A stretch of 61,346 nucleotides of DNA, the filler included, from Stramenopiles sp. TOSAG23-2 (Eukaryota): the NCBI GenBank assembly GCA_900128395.1. It is 4 parts of 4 records of this genome, joined end to end, with 100 filler letters (N's around TTAATTAATTAA, not from the genome) between each part and the next. Parts side by side here need not be neighbours in the genome. Positions count along the whole stretch, not along the records: positions 15,403 to 30,691 come from LT649718.1; positions 30,792 to 46,022 come from LT649719.1; 2 more parts are not named here. The stretch is one strand, 5' to 3'. Numbering within the stretch: the stretch's first letter is position 1; every line of letters starts with the position of its first letter. The notes under the pieces are model-generated. The model saw only the letters and a program-made list of their open reading frames with translations, did not search any database and had not been told where the DNA came from. Of the stretch, positions 21,206 to 32,225 are shown piece by piece. The translations under genes and the position numbers were made by a program.

Positions 21206-24200
21206 ATGAAAGAAAAGTGTACGTTAAGTATCATTACATTATTTTTATTATTATTATCATTATTATCAAATAATCATATTGTTTTAGCTCATTTTGTAAT
21301 TCCAGAAGGTGACCCAATTGCGAATAATAATTCAATTGTGCTAATAAATAATGTCAGGTTTACAATATTAACATCTGCTCTTATACGGGTAGAGAAAATT
21401 ATACCAAATGATTCATTTGAAGATCGACAAACCATGGTAGTATTTAATCGCCATTTGCCAGTTCCACAATTCTCGTCAAAAAATGTAGAAAATGGAATAC
21501 AAATAGCAACAAAAGATATGATTTTAACTTATTTAAATAAAAATAAAGAAGAAGAATTTACACCAGCTAATTTATTTATACAGATGAAAACGCAAAATTT
21601 AAATAACGTATCGACTTGGAGGTATGGTGATAGCACGAGTGGCAACTTGTTTGGAAGTTTTAGAACATATGATACACTTCACGGTTTGCAAGATTTAAAT
21701 TGTACTCGTCACAAACCATGGGTTACAACTAGCGAACCTGAACATTGTGCATTTGGATTCATTTCTCAAAATGGCTTTGCGATTTTTGATGATTCTCGAA
21801 GTCCATTATTATATGATAATTGGGTGCATCCGAATTTAAATGGAAAATGTGATGCATTGTCTACCGATCCATGTTTTGGAGCAGATTTTAATCCTGGTGG
21901 ATATCGATATGCAAATGAAACAGCATGTATATCTGCAGGATGTTGTTGGCATGGTCGTGAATCTTCAGACTTTATCGATTTGGCATGGTGGAGTGATGGA
22001 GTGGAAAATGTTTTGACAACTTCAAAATTTCCACTTCCATCCAATTATAAAATAGTGCATTCAGTTTTTAATGGTCCCCCAGTTGGTCAATTGCACAAAA
22101 ATAATAATACCGGCAAATATTTGTTCCCATTTAAACTTTGGAGAAAATCAAGCAGTGCAAATTCATCATATGTTCGACATTATACAACCGCATCTATTGC
22201 TGGCGAAAAAGATGCAATAAAAACAAATTTTAAGTTTGTAGGTATTCTGGGTTTCATATCATCATTGAAAGCAGAAAGTAATGATGGTGCATCACAACAA
22301 GTAAAACTTTTTTATTGCAAAAAAACAAATGATCATTTCTCATCAATTGATAATTGTCAAGCATGTTATCAGAAAAATTATACGTTTATACGTAATCAAG
22401 GATATTTATTTCCAGAATCAAATTTATGTACGATGAGAAATGGAAATGAAGACTTTTATTTCTTTGGTCATGGTGATAATTATAAACGTGCATTGTATGA
22501 TTTTTCTTTGATTAGTGGTAAAATCCCAATTCCTAGACGCCATATGCTAGGCATGAGCTGGTCACGTTGGGCGAATCCAGGAGAAGAATGGAATGGAAAT
22601 CAAACGTTGCAACACGATGCGGCATTAAGCCTCTCGAATGCAGGGTTTCCACTTGATACGTTTATATTTGATATGAACTGGCACATCAAACCACAATGGA
22701 CGGGATATACTTGGGATAATAAAATGTATCCGAATCCAGAAGAATTATTATCCTTTTTACATAATGATCGTGGATTATACATTGGTGCAAACTTACATGA
22801 TGCACAGGGTGTTATGACAATGGAGAAAGAATATGAAACTATGGCAAAATTTGTTAAACAATCCGATGGTCAAAATATTACGTTTCACATATCAGAACAA
22901 GCATATGCAGATGGCTTGCATCAAACTGTTTTGGAACCACTTGCAGAAATCGGTTTCGATTTTTGGTGGACGGATTGGCAACAAGGTCTTCAAGGTTATC
23001 CTGGGATTGGAACTACAGATATAACGGGATTGAACCCAACAGCATGGCTGAATCACTATCGTACAATGAATTATACGCAACCAGGCAGTCAGCGAAGACC
23101 GCAAATACATAGCAGATGGGGTGGTCTAGGTGGTCACAGATATACCTCCCAGTTCGGAGGCGATGTAGTACAAGCTTGGGATAGTTTGTTAGCAATGATA
23201 TACACTACAGTAATTTCAACTAATGTTTTAACTGCACATTGGGCCCAGGAAGTAATGCAAAACACAGGGGAACACGAGCTGTTTACTCGAGTAGCTCAAT
23301 TTGGTGCATGGGGCCCTGTCTTTACAATTTGGGGTAATCGATTTAAGCCATGTAACATTTGGTCAGATGAAGATTTTCCACAACCATATCGTGAAGCTGT
23401 TAGAGTTCATCTTTTACAACGGTCAATGTTGATTCCACATAGATACACACTGGCCGCAATTGCTCATAACGAAGCACTAGGTTTATTACGTCCAATGTAT
23501 TATGATTACCCAAGGAATACAAATGCATATGCTGGGGAATATAATTCACTTCCCCAATATATGCTTGGAGATAACATTTTAGTTGCACCGCCATATACAA
23601 TGTTGGAAGATTCAAGAAATCCTACTACTTCATCTGCAAAAGCGTATTCGGTTTGGTTACCAACAGATGTTGAATGGATAAAATTATTTAACACATCTGT
23701 AGATGTTCCTACTACTAATGTATCTGGGTGGGGCCATGTTTCGCCGCAATTATATCAAGTTCCAACATTTGTGAAGGCTGGTTCAATGATTCCTATATTA
23801 CCTGATCATTTAGCAATTATGTCTGGTTCTGCTTCCAGACCCTTTTCGAATTTAGAGTGGTGGATTTTTCTAAAACAATCAAAAATTAATTCCAATAATA
23901 ATAATGCACCAGCAACCGCATGGTGTTATGAAGATGATGGATTATCATTGGACTACATCCGCAATAACTCATTTGTAAATATGACAATAACAAAACAACA
24001 TGATCATAAAGAACAAAAATATATATTAAGTCAAATTGGCACTTATAGCAATGCACCCCAACAACGTATTTTATCATTGCGTTTGATTGGCAAAAATTCT
24101 AGCTTGATTTCTTCAATTCGCTTAAACAAAATAGAAATTGAGAAGAGGCCGTCTTGCGATGTTCCTGTATACGATACTACGATTACTGATGATAAAATTG

Positions 24201-24328
24201 AAAATTATACGAATAGAAAACCATTTTTTTGTGATGCTTTGGATGGTACTCGTCCTTATGTATATGTATGGTTGGGTAGTGATTTAGTGAGTGTAGATCG
24301 AGTAGTTATTGTAAAGGAGATTGTTTAA
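21206..24328 (+). CDS. Secreted glycoside hydrolase family 31 (alpha-glucosidase-like)
   Basis: Signal peptide; DTFIFDMNWH, WTGYTWD, nucleophile motif DFWWTDWQQG, acid/base GHRYTSQFGGD, LLRPMYYDYP, YEDDG. Confidence 0.92.
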   Translation: MKEKCTLSIITLFLLLLSLLSNNHIVLAHFVIPEGDPIANNNSIVLINNVRFTILTSALIRVEKIIPNDSFEDRQTMVVFNRHLPVPQFSSKNVENGIQIATKDMILTYLNKNKEEEFTPANLFIQMKTQNLNNVSTWRYGDSTSGNLFGSFRTYDTLHGLQDLNCTRHKPWVTTSEPEHCAFGFISQNGFAIFDDSRSPLLYDNWVHPNLNGKCDALSTDPCFGADFNPGGYRYANETACISAGCCWHGRESSDFIDLAWWSDGVENVLTTSKFPLPSNYKIVHSVFNGPPVGQLHKNNNTGKYLFPFKLWRKSSSANSSYVRHYTTASIAGEKDAIKTNFKFVGILGFISSLKAESNDGASQQVKLFYCKKTNDHFSSIDNCQACYQKNYTFIRNQGYLFPESNLCTMRNGNEDFYFFGHGDNYKRALYDFSLISGKIPIPRRHMLGMSWSRWANPGEEWNGNQTLQHDAALSLSNAGFPLDTFIFDMNWHIKPQWTGYTWDNKMYPNPEELLSFLHNDRGLYIGANLHDAQGVMTMEKEYETMAKFVKQSDGQNITFHISEQAYADGLHQTVLEPLAEIGFDFWWTDWQQGLQGYPGIGTTDITGLNPTAWLNHYRTMNYTQPGSQRRPQIHSRWGGLGGHRYTSQFGGDVVQAWDSLLAMIYTTVISTNVLTAHWAQEVMQNTGEHELFTRVAQFGAWGPVFTIWGNRFKPCNIWSDEDFPQPYREAVRVHLLQRSMLIPHRYTLAAIAHNEALGLLRPMYYDYPRNTNAYAGEYNSLPQYMLGDNILVAPPYTMLEDSRNPTTSSAKAYSVWLPTDVEWIKLFNTSVDVPTTNVSGWGHVSPQLYQVPTFVKAGSMIPILPDHLAIMSGSASRPFSNLEWWIFLKQSKINSNNNNAPATAWCYEDDGLSLDYIRNNSFVNMTITKQHDHKEQKYILSQIGTYSNAPQQRILSLRLIGKNSSLISSIRLNKIEIEKRPSCDVPVYDTTITDDKIENYTNRKPFFCDALDGTRPYVYVWLGSDLVSVDRVVIVKEIV

Positions 24329-24414
24329 AAATAAAATAAAACACATTACAAAACGCGTTTTCATAAATTTTTTAATACGTATGATTTAACTGAGATACGT
24401 TCACACACTCTTTT

Positions 24415-27400
24415 TTACAAAATCTTTGTAAAGAAACTGGTGATTTTCTTCACTTTCTTCACAGCAGATCCAGCACTATCTTTTTTGCTCAAAGACCTTC
24501 TCTTCTTGCCACTCGAGGAGGAAGATTTTGATTGGGACGGTGAAGCTGCTTTTCCATTAGGAGTTGTATTTAATTTACTTTTCTTCTTTACAAAGCTAGC
24601 GTTTCCCGCAACTATCGGTCTAACGCGTTTATTTCCAATGGAATTAAATGGAATTTCTTGAGATGGCGGCCCACTTAAACTTTTTGGAACATCGGTTAAA
24701 TCGATAGCAGTATCATCCTTCTCAGCAATTTTCTTCCCTCTTGCTAATTTGACTACATCAGTTGTTGTCGTTGATATCTCATTTGCTTCATCGATTTCGA
24801 CGGTGATTTCATTTGTTTTTTCAACGTTAGCTTCGGTGTTGTTTGAAGTCGTTGTACTCGATGTGGTTTCAGGTAAGGTCTCTTCTGCTTTCTTTTCCGG
24901 TATTGCAGATGATTTTTCCTCCATTTCTCTTTGTTTAGACAATCTGGAGCTGTATGACTTTTGCAAGAAAAACCTGTAGTTTTCACATTTTTCTGCCCCT
25001 TCCAATCCTTCAAGGCGTAATTGCACTTGGGGATTCGATAAACCGAAAAACTTAGGCCCCGATATCAATTGTTTACTTTTTGGTAAATTTAATTCTTCGC
25101 ATTTTGCTTTAATTTTATTAAGGACAATGTTCCAAACACGTGTTGCGGAGGAATCCGACTCAATAGGTTCATCTGGAGCGTCGCTAGCAGTAAGTCTGTA
25201 AAGTACGTCACCTTCAGCACCTTCATCCTCCGGTAACAGAATTTCTTGTGTGTATGTAACTCTTTCTCGAGGATTTTTAAAGCTTTTAAACGTCTTTTCA
25301 GCTTTGTAACCGATAGCAAAAATATAAGCTTTTGAGTGTAAAGCCCCCTTTCCTTCTTTTTCGTAAATTTGACCGAATGAAAGTACTTTTAAACTTGCAA
25401 TTGGTTCATATGGGAGTTCAGTTCGAGCTAGTATCAATGCACCAACTTCTTGTGCCACTTTGTGAGAAATTTGTTCTTGGTTTTTCAACAATGCCGATTG
25501 AATAGGTTCTTCAAACTCAGTAGGAGCTTTTCCTTTCAATTGCCTTACTTTTTTTGGTTTCCCTTCATTCTTTTTTTTGCCTTTTCTCTTCCTTTTACCT
25601 TTACTTTTTACGACTGCAGGGCTCACTCCAGATATAAACATACCAAGACTAGCTTGCTGTTGACGTCTTGCCATTCTGGATGTAGCCGATTCTCCAACAA
25701 AATTTTTCTCCACTGTGCTAAAGGAATCTGACGATATAAACCCACGAGCGTTATGCCGTGCAATGTAAGCAACTATCGCTTCGAAGCGCGCTTTCAAAAT
25801 CTTATCACTCAATTTATCATTCGTAGTGCTACTTTCTTCAAAATCCTCCATTTCTACGTCATCTCCATCATTTGTAGCTTTATCGTTTTTTGAATCGTCC
25901 TTTCCATCTTCCTTGTTTGCGGAAGTTAGATTTTTGTACTCCATTTTTACACTGTTAAATGCTTTAGCACCCAAACCGTATTTCGCAACGTTTTCAAGCA
26001 ACATCATATCAAGATACGTTGAATCAGATTCTTTGCAAAACCAATCTGATGGCATAATGTGCTTCGAGATAGTTTTAAATTTTAAAGAACCTTTGAAGCA
26101 AAGCTCTAAAGCTTCTTTTACAAAATCAAATTCCTTCAACAATACTTTACGACGGAATCTACTTAAAAGTTCAGCAAATCGTTTAATCCGTTTTTTAATT
26201 TTTGGTGTCAACAAAGTTTTTTCTGTAGGTTCAAAATCATCGGACGCAGCTGTTGTTGAAGTTGTAGATGATTCTGGTGCTACTACTTTCTTCTTTTTCT
26301 TTGGTGATTTACCTACACTAAAAATAAAGGCTTCAAATTTATTTAAACGATCAATAACACTACTACGATCTTTATTTTCAAGAGAAGCGTATTGCATAAA
26401 TGCATCTATTGTGTTTTCTTGAAAAGGGAAAAATGTGTCATCGTCGGAAGTTTCATTGTTCTTTTTACATCTATCAGCAAATGTTTCCTTTTGTTCAGTA
26501 GTTTCCGTATTATCAGTTGTAACTACCCCTTCAACTTCAGTTGATTGCATGACCGTAGCAACATTGTCGGGAAAACCAAGAGTGCAAAGAGCCTCTTTGA
26601 AGTGCTTTTTATCAAGTTTTGTCCATTTCTTTGCAAGTTCTAATTTCTTCCTCTCAGCTTTCTTTGCAAGTTCTAATTTTCTTCTCTCAACTTTCAACTT
26701 CTTTTCCTTCTCCCGTTCTTCCTTTGCTTCTTCCAAAGCCAATTTGCGCTCCACCTTTCTTTTTTCTACCTCTGCTAGATGCTTCTTCTTCTTTTCTTCC
26801 CTAGCTGCAGCACGTTCCATTGCCAACTGCTCCCTTTTTGCTTGTTTCTCTGCTTTTATTTTTTCACGTTTCTCCGTTGCCTCACGTCTTCTTCTTGCCA
26901 AAGCCCGTTCTCGTTCTTCCTTTTTACGATTTGCTTCTGTCACCTCTGGTCTTTCCAACGCAGAGTATTCTGGAAAAACTTCCATTAAAAGTGTGACGAT
27001 ATTGTTTGCACGTCTAGATATGTTTAAATTAGGCGGCATTTTCAATATCTCATCATGTATAATTTCCAAAAATACGTTTGATTCATCTTTCTTGATTTTC
27101 TCCATGATGCCGTTACGTATCATCCCAAATTTTTTCAAACCGGCTAACAAGGCTTTGTCGTGTGTCACAGACCACCACTTGTATTTCGGATCAGAATGTA
27201 CTGGCTTAGTCTCAGACAATTTATCCAACGAATCATCAATTTTCTTTGTTACCGCTTCATCTGTATTGACGGACACCTTATACAACAAAGTGCAATCATC
27301 TAATAATTTCAGTTGACTTTGGCAGGTCTCAGGGCTATTGAATAATTGGCCAACAAAAGATCGATCTTGACCAACACATTCATGTGGTGTGAAATCTAAA

Positions 27401-30400
27401 TCTTCATCTCCAACGATTTCCATCTTTTCAATTAATTCCAGCGCTTGTCCAGCAATTACATATGCCTTTGACGCTTCCTTTAAGGCTTGTAAACGGGTTA
27501 TGAAAGATGGAGTCGTAGCTGGAGCCGGTTTAGCATCAATTACAACAACTTCTTCAGCATTTGTTGCTTCTGTTGTTGTCGTCGTCGTCGTTGTGGTAGT
27601 AGTAGTCGTGGTAGTATCGGAGGACTCAGTGCTGGTATTATCAGTGCTACTATTGTTATTTTTCGATTCTAAAATGACTTTTTTCTTCTTTTCTTCCATC
27701 GATCGTATAAAAACTTGCGAAAGTAGTGCAATATATGAAACACACACTTCATCAATAACAGCTTTTGTCAATGTTCCTTGCTTTTTATTCACACTTTGCT
27801 GAAAAGCGTCATTACAACCGAGACCGTATTCCCTCAATCCTTTCAAGATGCGTTGGCGAACAGTTTTTGTTATCACGCCAGCATATGCACTACTGTTATC
27901 CTCGTTTTCATCACCATCATCATCATCATCTTCGCCATCTTCGAACGCATCTGAGATTTCTTTTCCATAAAAATCTTTAGGATTGTAACTAACTTTTTTT
28001 AATCTTGCCGAGCGATTAGCCCTATCCAGTTTGATAGGTGAATTTCTTGGCATCTCCAACCCAATTGTTTTGCTCCAAAAATCTGGATCATCAATATCAA
28101 TTTCATCTTCCTTTGATGTACCAGCAGCAAACGTTGCCTTTGAGAACTGATTCTCAACGTGTGTACCTTGATCATAGGTAACTACTTTTGAGCGCTCCAA
28201 AATGTCTTCAATATTCTCAGCATTGTATGCTGCAGCTTTTTGTTGTTGATCTTCATCTTCATTGTCCCTAAAAAGATCATACGCACCACGTTTCAATAAA
28301 TTTTCCAATTCATTTTTTGTCATATCCTTCCCTTCAGCTCCTGTCAAAATTGCTTGATCCAAGCCTAATTTTAAAGATGCCCGTAAAAACATTTGATGCT
28401 CATATGTTTTATTGGTAATAAGTCGATATATTTTTACATCTTTGGTTTGCCCAATACGATGAGCACGAGCCATGGCTTGGATATCATTTTGTGGATTCCA
28501 ATCGCTATCAAATATTATAACACGATCTGCTGCCATTAAATTTATTCCTACCCCACCGGCACGAGTACAGAGTAGAAAGACTTTGGCTTTTGATTCCTTG
28601 TTCGTAAATCGGTCAATGGAGATTTGACGATCTCGCCCGCGGACACCACCATCGATGCGCTCAAATGCCATTCCCCGCATGTCTAAATAGTCCGCTAGGA
28701 TGTCCAATACTTTGATCATTTGTGAAAAAATTAAAATTTTATGACCATTTTTAATTAGCTTTGGTAGTAATTTATCCAACAAAACCATTTTGCCACAACA
28801 ATTTATAAAATCATTTTCTGCATATTTATCAGCAACACCACGGATTAAAAATGGGTGATTGCAACATTTTCGAAGTTGCATTGATAAATTGTTTAACGAT
28901 GCTTTTGCAGCTCCTTTTCTTAACAGATATGCAGCATTTTTTTCATACAACGCACGATAAATTTGTTTTTGCAACGGCGTCAATTCCACTTCAATTATAG
29001 TCTCCTCTTTGGACGGTAACGTATTTGCTTCTACATCACTTTTTAAACGTCTCAACATATATGGACCGATGATTTTATGAAGTTGTTGAATTGCATCACT
29101 TTTATGAATTGTTCCGCCAGTTGTTGTATCTTTTTCGCCACCAAATTTTTCTTGAAATTTCAACAACGATTTCTCGTCTGCTGTATCTTGTTTTTTTTCA
29201 TTGATTGAGCCACTTGGTGTAAGTTGTTTTCCACCACCAAACTCGTCAATGTCTAACAAACTTAATAATGCCCACAACTCATCTGTGCTATTTTGTATAG
29301 GTGTACCAGTAAGCAAGAGGCAGGAATCCCATCGAACTCTGCGACGTATTTGCTGAGCTAATTTCGTTTTATGATTTTTCAAACGATGAGCTTCATCTAC
29401 AACTAAGGATCGCCATTGTACGGATTGAAAAAAAGAAGCGTCTTTCAACATCATTTCATAACTTGTTATTATTACGTCTGTTTTAAATACTTGTTTGTTT
29501 CCGTTCATGTAATAAATATCATTTTCTCTGATATTTTTCCTTCCAATTTCGCTACCATGATAGATGACGCTATGAAGCTCCGTCCAAGTCTCTATTTCTC
29601 GTTGCCAATGATCAAGTGTAGATAAAGGTGCTACTACGAGAAATTGCCCAACCTGTGTGAACTTTTTTTTACCCACAGGTTCATTTTTCCATAAATGTTG
29701 TAAAAAACTTGCACTTTGACAAGTTTTTCCCAAACCCATTTCATCTGCTAAAATACTATTACGTTTATTTTGCCAATTCCATACCATCCAATTCAAGCCT
29801 TCAATTTGATAGGAACGCAATGAAAAATCGTTATTGTTGTCATATAACTCATCGTAGGTGCTTTCTTTACACGTATTTTTCGCCGGGCGTCCTGGGTTCC
29901 TTAATGCCCTTCCAATTTCAGCCATTGTACCGCAAGTTGGCAATTCATTTATTTGATGGTATTTCTCCAGCGCATTTTTTAATTCTTCTTCATCTAAATC
30001 ACTAGTTTTTTCCCATGTCATAGCATCATAATGCAATTTATTCCATTTCACATATACTTGTTTTTGCCCATCTGGCAATTCACCTTCATCCATGATACGA
30101 TGAATGGAAAGGTAGCTTGGATCAAATCGTCGTTCTCCATATAATTCTGTTTCCATGCTATTATCCTTTAAAAGATATTTTTTAATTTTTTGTGCTGCAT
30201 ATTTTGCACCAAATTTTAAATCTGCCTCCGTTTCCCATGTGACGTGCAAGTAACTTAAATCCGACCATTTGATCAAAAATCGTTTTTCAAAAGTTCTTAA
30301 TAGATCTGCATCTTCATTTTGAAGATTCAAACCACGTCGTCCATTGTTTACTTCTGCAGTATTCATATCTTCACACATTTTCTCCCACTCTGCCATAGTT

Positions 30401-30691
30401 TTTGTATCGTGACTAATGATTTTTTCAATATTAAATAACATTTGTGTTTGAAGTACTTGGTTCTCTTCCTCTTCCTCTTCCTCGCTACTAGATTCGTCAG
30501 AGTCTTCTTCCTCACTACTTTCTTCCTCGCTACTAGATTCTTCCTCCTCGGACGAGCTTTGTGCGTATTTTACTTTTTTGGTTGCTCTTTGCGATCGTCT
30601 AGTTGGTTGCTGTGTAACTTTATCATTTGTTTCTTCTTCAAAGTCTTCATCACTTTCCTCCTCCTCACCAGAAGATGACTCCTCCTCCTCT
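24415..30691 (-). CDS. CHD-family chromatin remodeler with C-terminal FYR domain (5'-truncated)
   Basis: Two chromodomains (FLIKWSDLSYLHVTWE; VYVKWNKLHYDAMTWE), SNF2 ATPase (LADEMGLGKT, VDEAH, LTGTPIQN), helicase C (FDSDWNPQNDIQAMARAHRIGQ), FYRN/FYRC (ISGPKFFGLSNP). The frame stays open upstream of ATG 30441 through an acidic tract to the contig end. Confidence 0.93.
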
Positions 30692-30791
30692 NNNNNNNNN
30701 NNNNNNNNNNNNNNNNNNNNNNNNNNNNNNNNNNNTTAATTAATTAANNNNNNNNNNNNNNNNNNNNNNNNNNNNNNNNNNNNNNNNNNNN
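30692..30791. other. Artificial contig linker
   Basis: N44-TTAATTAATTAA-N44. Confidence 0.97.
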
Positions 30792-30938
30792 TTCAATGTT
30801 TTTCCTTTGTTTTCATGTAATGAAATGAAAAATCCATCATCAAAACAATGAAATATAAAATTTAGGTTGAAAATGTTGAAAACGATGAAATTTGATGAAA
30901 AATTTCCCTGTTCATGGCCAAAACAACTATTTACTATT
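30792..30938 (+). repeat. Dispersed repeat, copy 2
   Basis: Diverged copy of 15577-15726 at the very start of contig 3. Confidence 0.8.
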
Positions 30939-31298
30939 GAAAAAACTAAAAAATCAAACAGTGATATGCAAAATACAGGCAATAGCATTAAAATGGTGAA
31001 AATAGCATATAAATAGCATTATATACATAGACACAGCAGCCTTGAGAAGTATGCTGTTGATGCAGCAGCAGGGATTTGCGGAGAGGCCAACACAGATCTA
31101 TACCCATATTTATACTGTATATACTATATATATATATAAAAAGATACACTGCCATTCATGTTAGAACGCAATACATATATTAGTATTCAGTACTTTGTTT
31201 GTACAACAGAATCGCTTTAATAATTTTCTTTTCAACGACATATTATAAAGTATATTTTAATCATTTAATACATGCATGTTGAATTTACAATAATATAA

Positions 31299-32045
31299 AT
31301 GCCATTATTTTTTTATCACCCATCCTCATCTGCATCTTTACGTATATTATTAGCATTGCGTTTAAAGAAAATTGAATCTATTCAAGAAGTTGTTGTAAAG
31401 ACATTTTTATGTGAAAAAGGTATTCCACGATGGGAATTACCAACCGAATCTAGTATTGCAAAAGAATTAGGAACAACTGATTGGTTGAAATTTAATCCTG
31501 AGGGAAGAGTCCCTGTATATATTGAAAATAATAAAATGATGACACAAACCACATCTATATTTGAGTACATTGAAGAAACATATAGCACTGATAATAATAA
31601 TAACATATTTCCACTTTTACCAGCAGATCCATGGTTGCGTGCAGAATCACGACGTATAGCATCAATTGTAGCTGCAGATATTCAACCATATCAAAATTTA
31701 CCATTTTTAATACAAGCTGTTGTTGATTTTGATATGAAAGGTGATTTAGAACAAATTATAACGCATCCAATGAGACAACATTTTATTCGTAGAGAATTTA
31801 CTGCATTGGAAGAAATATTAAATATAACAAGTAATACATATTGTGTTGGTGATGCCCCATCCATGGCAGATTGTTACTTAGTACCACAAGTCCGTAATGC
31901 ATTAGGTGCAAATATTAATATAAAAAGTGAATTTCCTACTTTATATCGTACATTTGAAAATTGTTTAAATGTTCCTGAAATTCATCAAACATTAATTGAA
32001 TGTGGTGGAATAGTTCAACCAACTGGTAGGTATTTAAAGAAGTGA
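31299..32045 (+). CDS. GSTZ1: Glutathione S-transferase zeta / maleylacetoacetate isomerase-like
   Basis: SSSASLRILLALRLK, FNPEGRVP, PLLPADP, ADIQPYQNL, YCVGDAPSMADCYLVPQVRNA. Confidence 0.88.
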   Translation: MPLFFYHPSSSASLRILLALRLKKIESIQEVVVKTFLCEKGIPRWELPTESSIAKELGTTDWLKFNPEGRVPVYIENNKMMTQTTSIFEYIEETYSTDNNNNIFPLLPADPWLRAESRRIASIVAADIQPYQNLPFLIQAVVDFDMKGDLEQIITHPMRQHFIRREFTALEEILNITSNTYCVGDAPSMADCYLVPQVRNALGANINIKSEFPTLYRTFENCLNVPEIHQTLIECGGIVQPTGRYLKK

Positions 32046-32225
32046 ATTTGTATTTTAATATATTTGATACACGAGTATGTTTAATTTGATATGATATTTA
32101 ATATTAATATGATAATAGGTATAATTTCTAATCAATTACGCATACAGTTCTTGACCGCACCTTCCCAGCTTCTTCCTAGCTGGGTTCATATCGTTCTTAT
32201 AAAAATGTACTTAAAAAAAAAAAAA

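Noticed and set aside
25826-27802. Long antisense ORFs over CHD (also 37026-37739 over the kinesin and 54087-54677 over RPN1)
   Set aside because: Shadow frames of Lys/Glu-rich sense genes; Phe/Leu/Ser-rich with no motifs.
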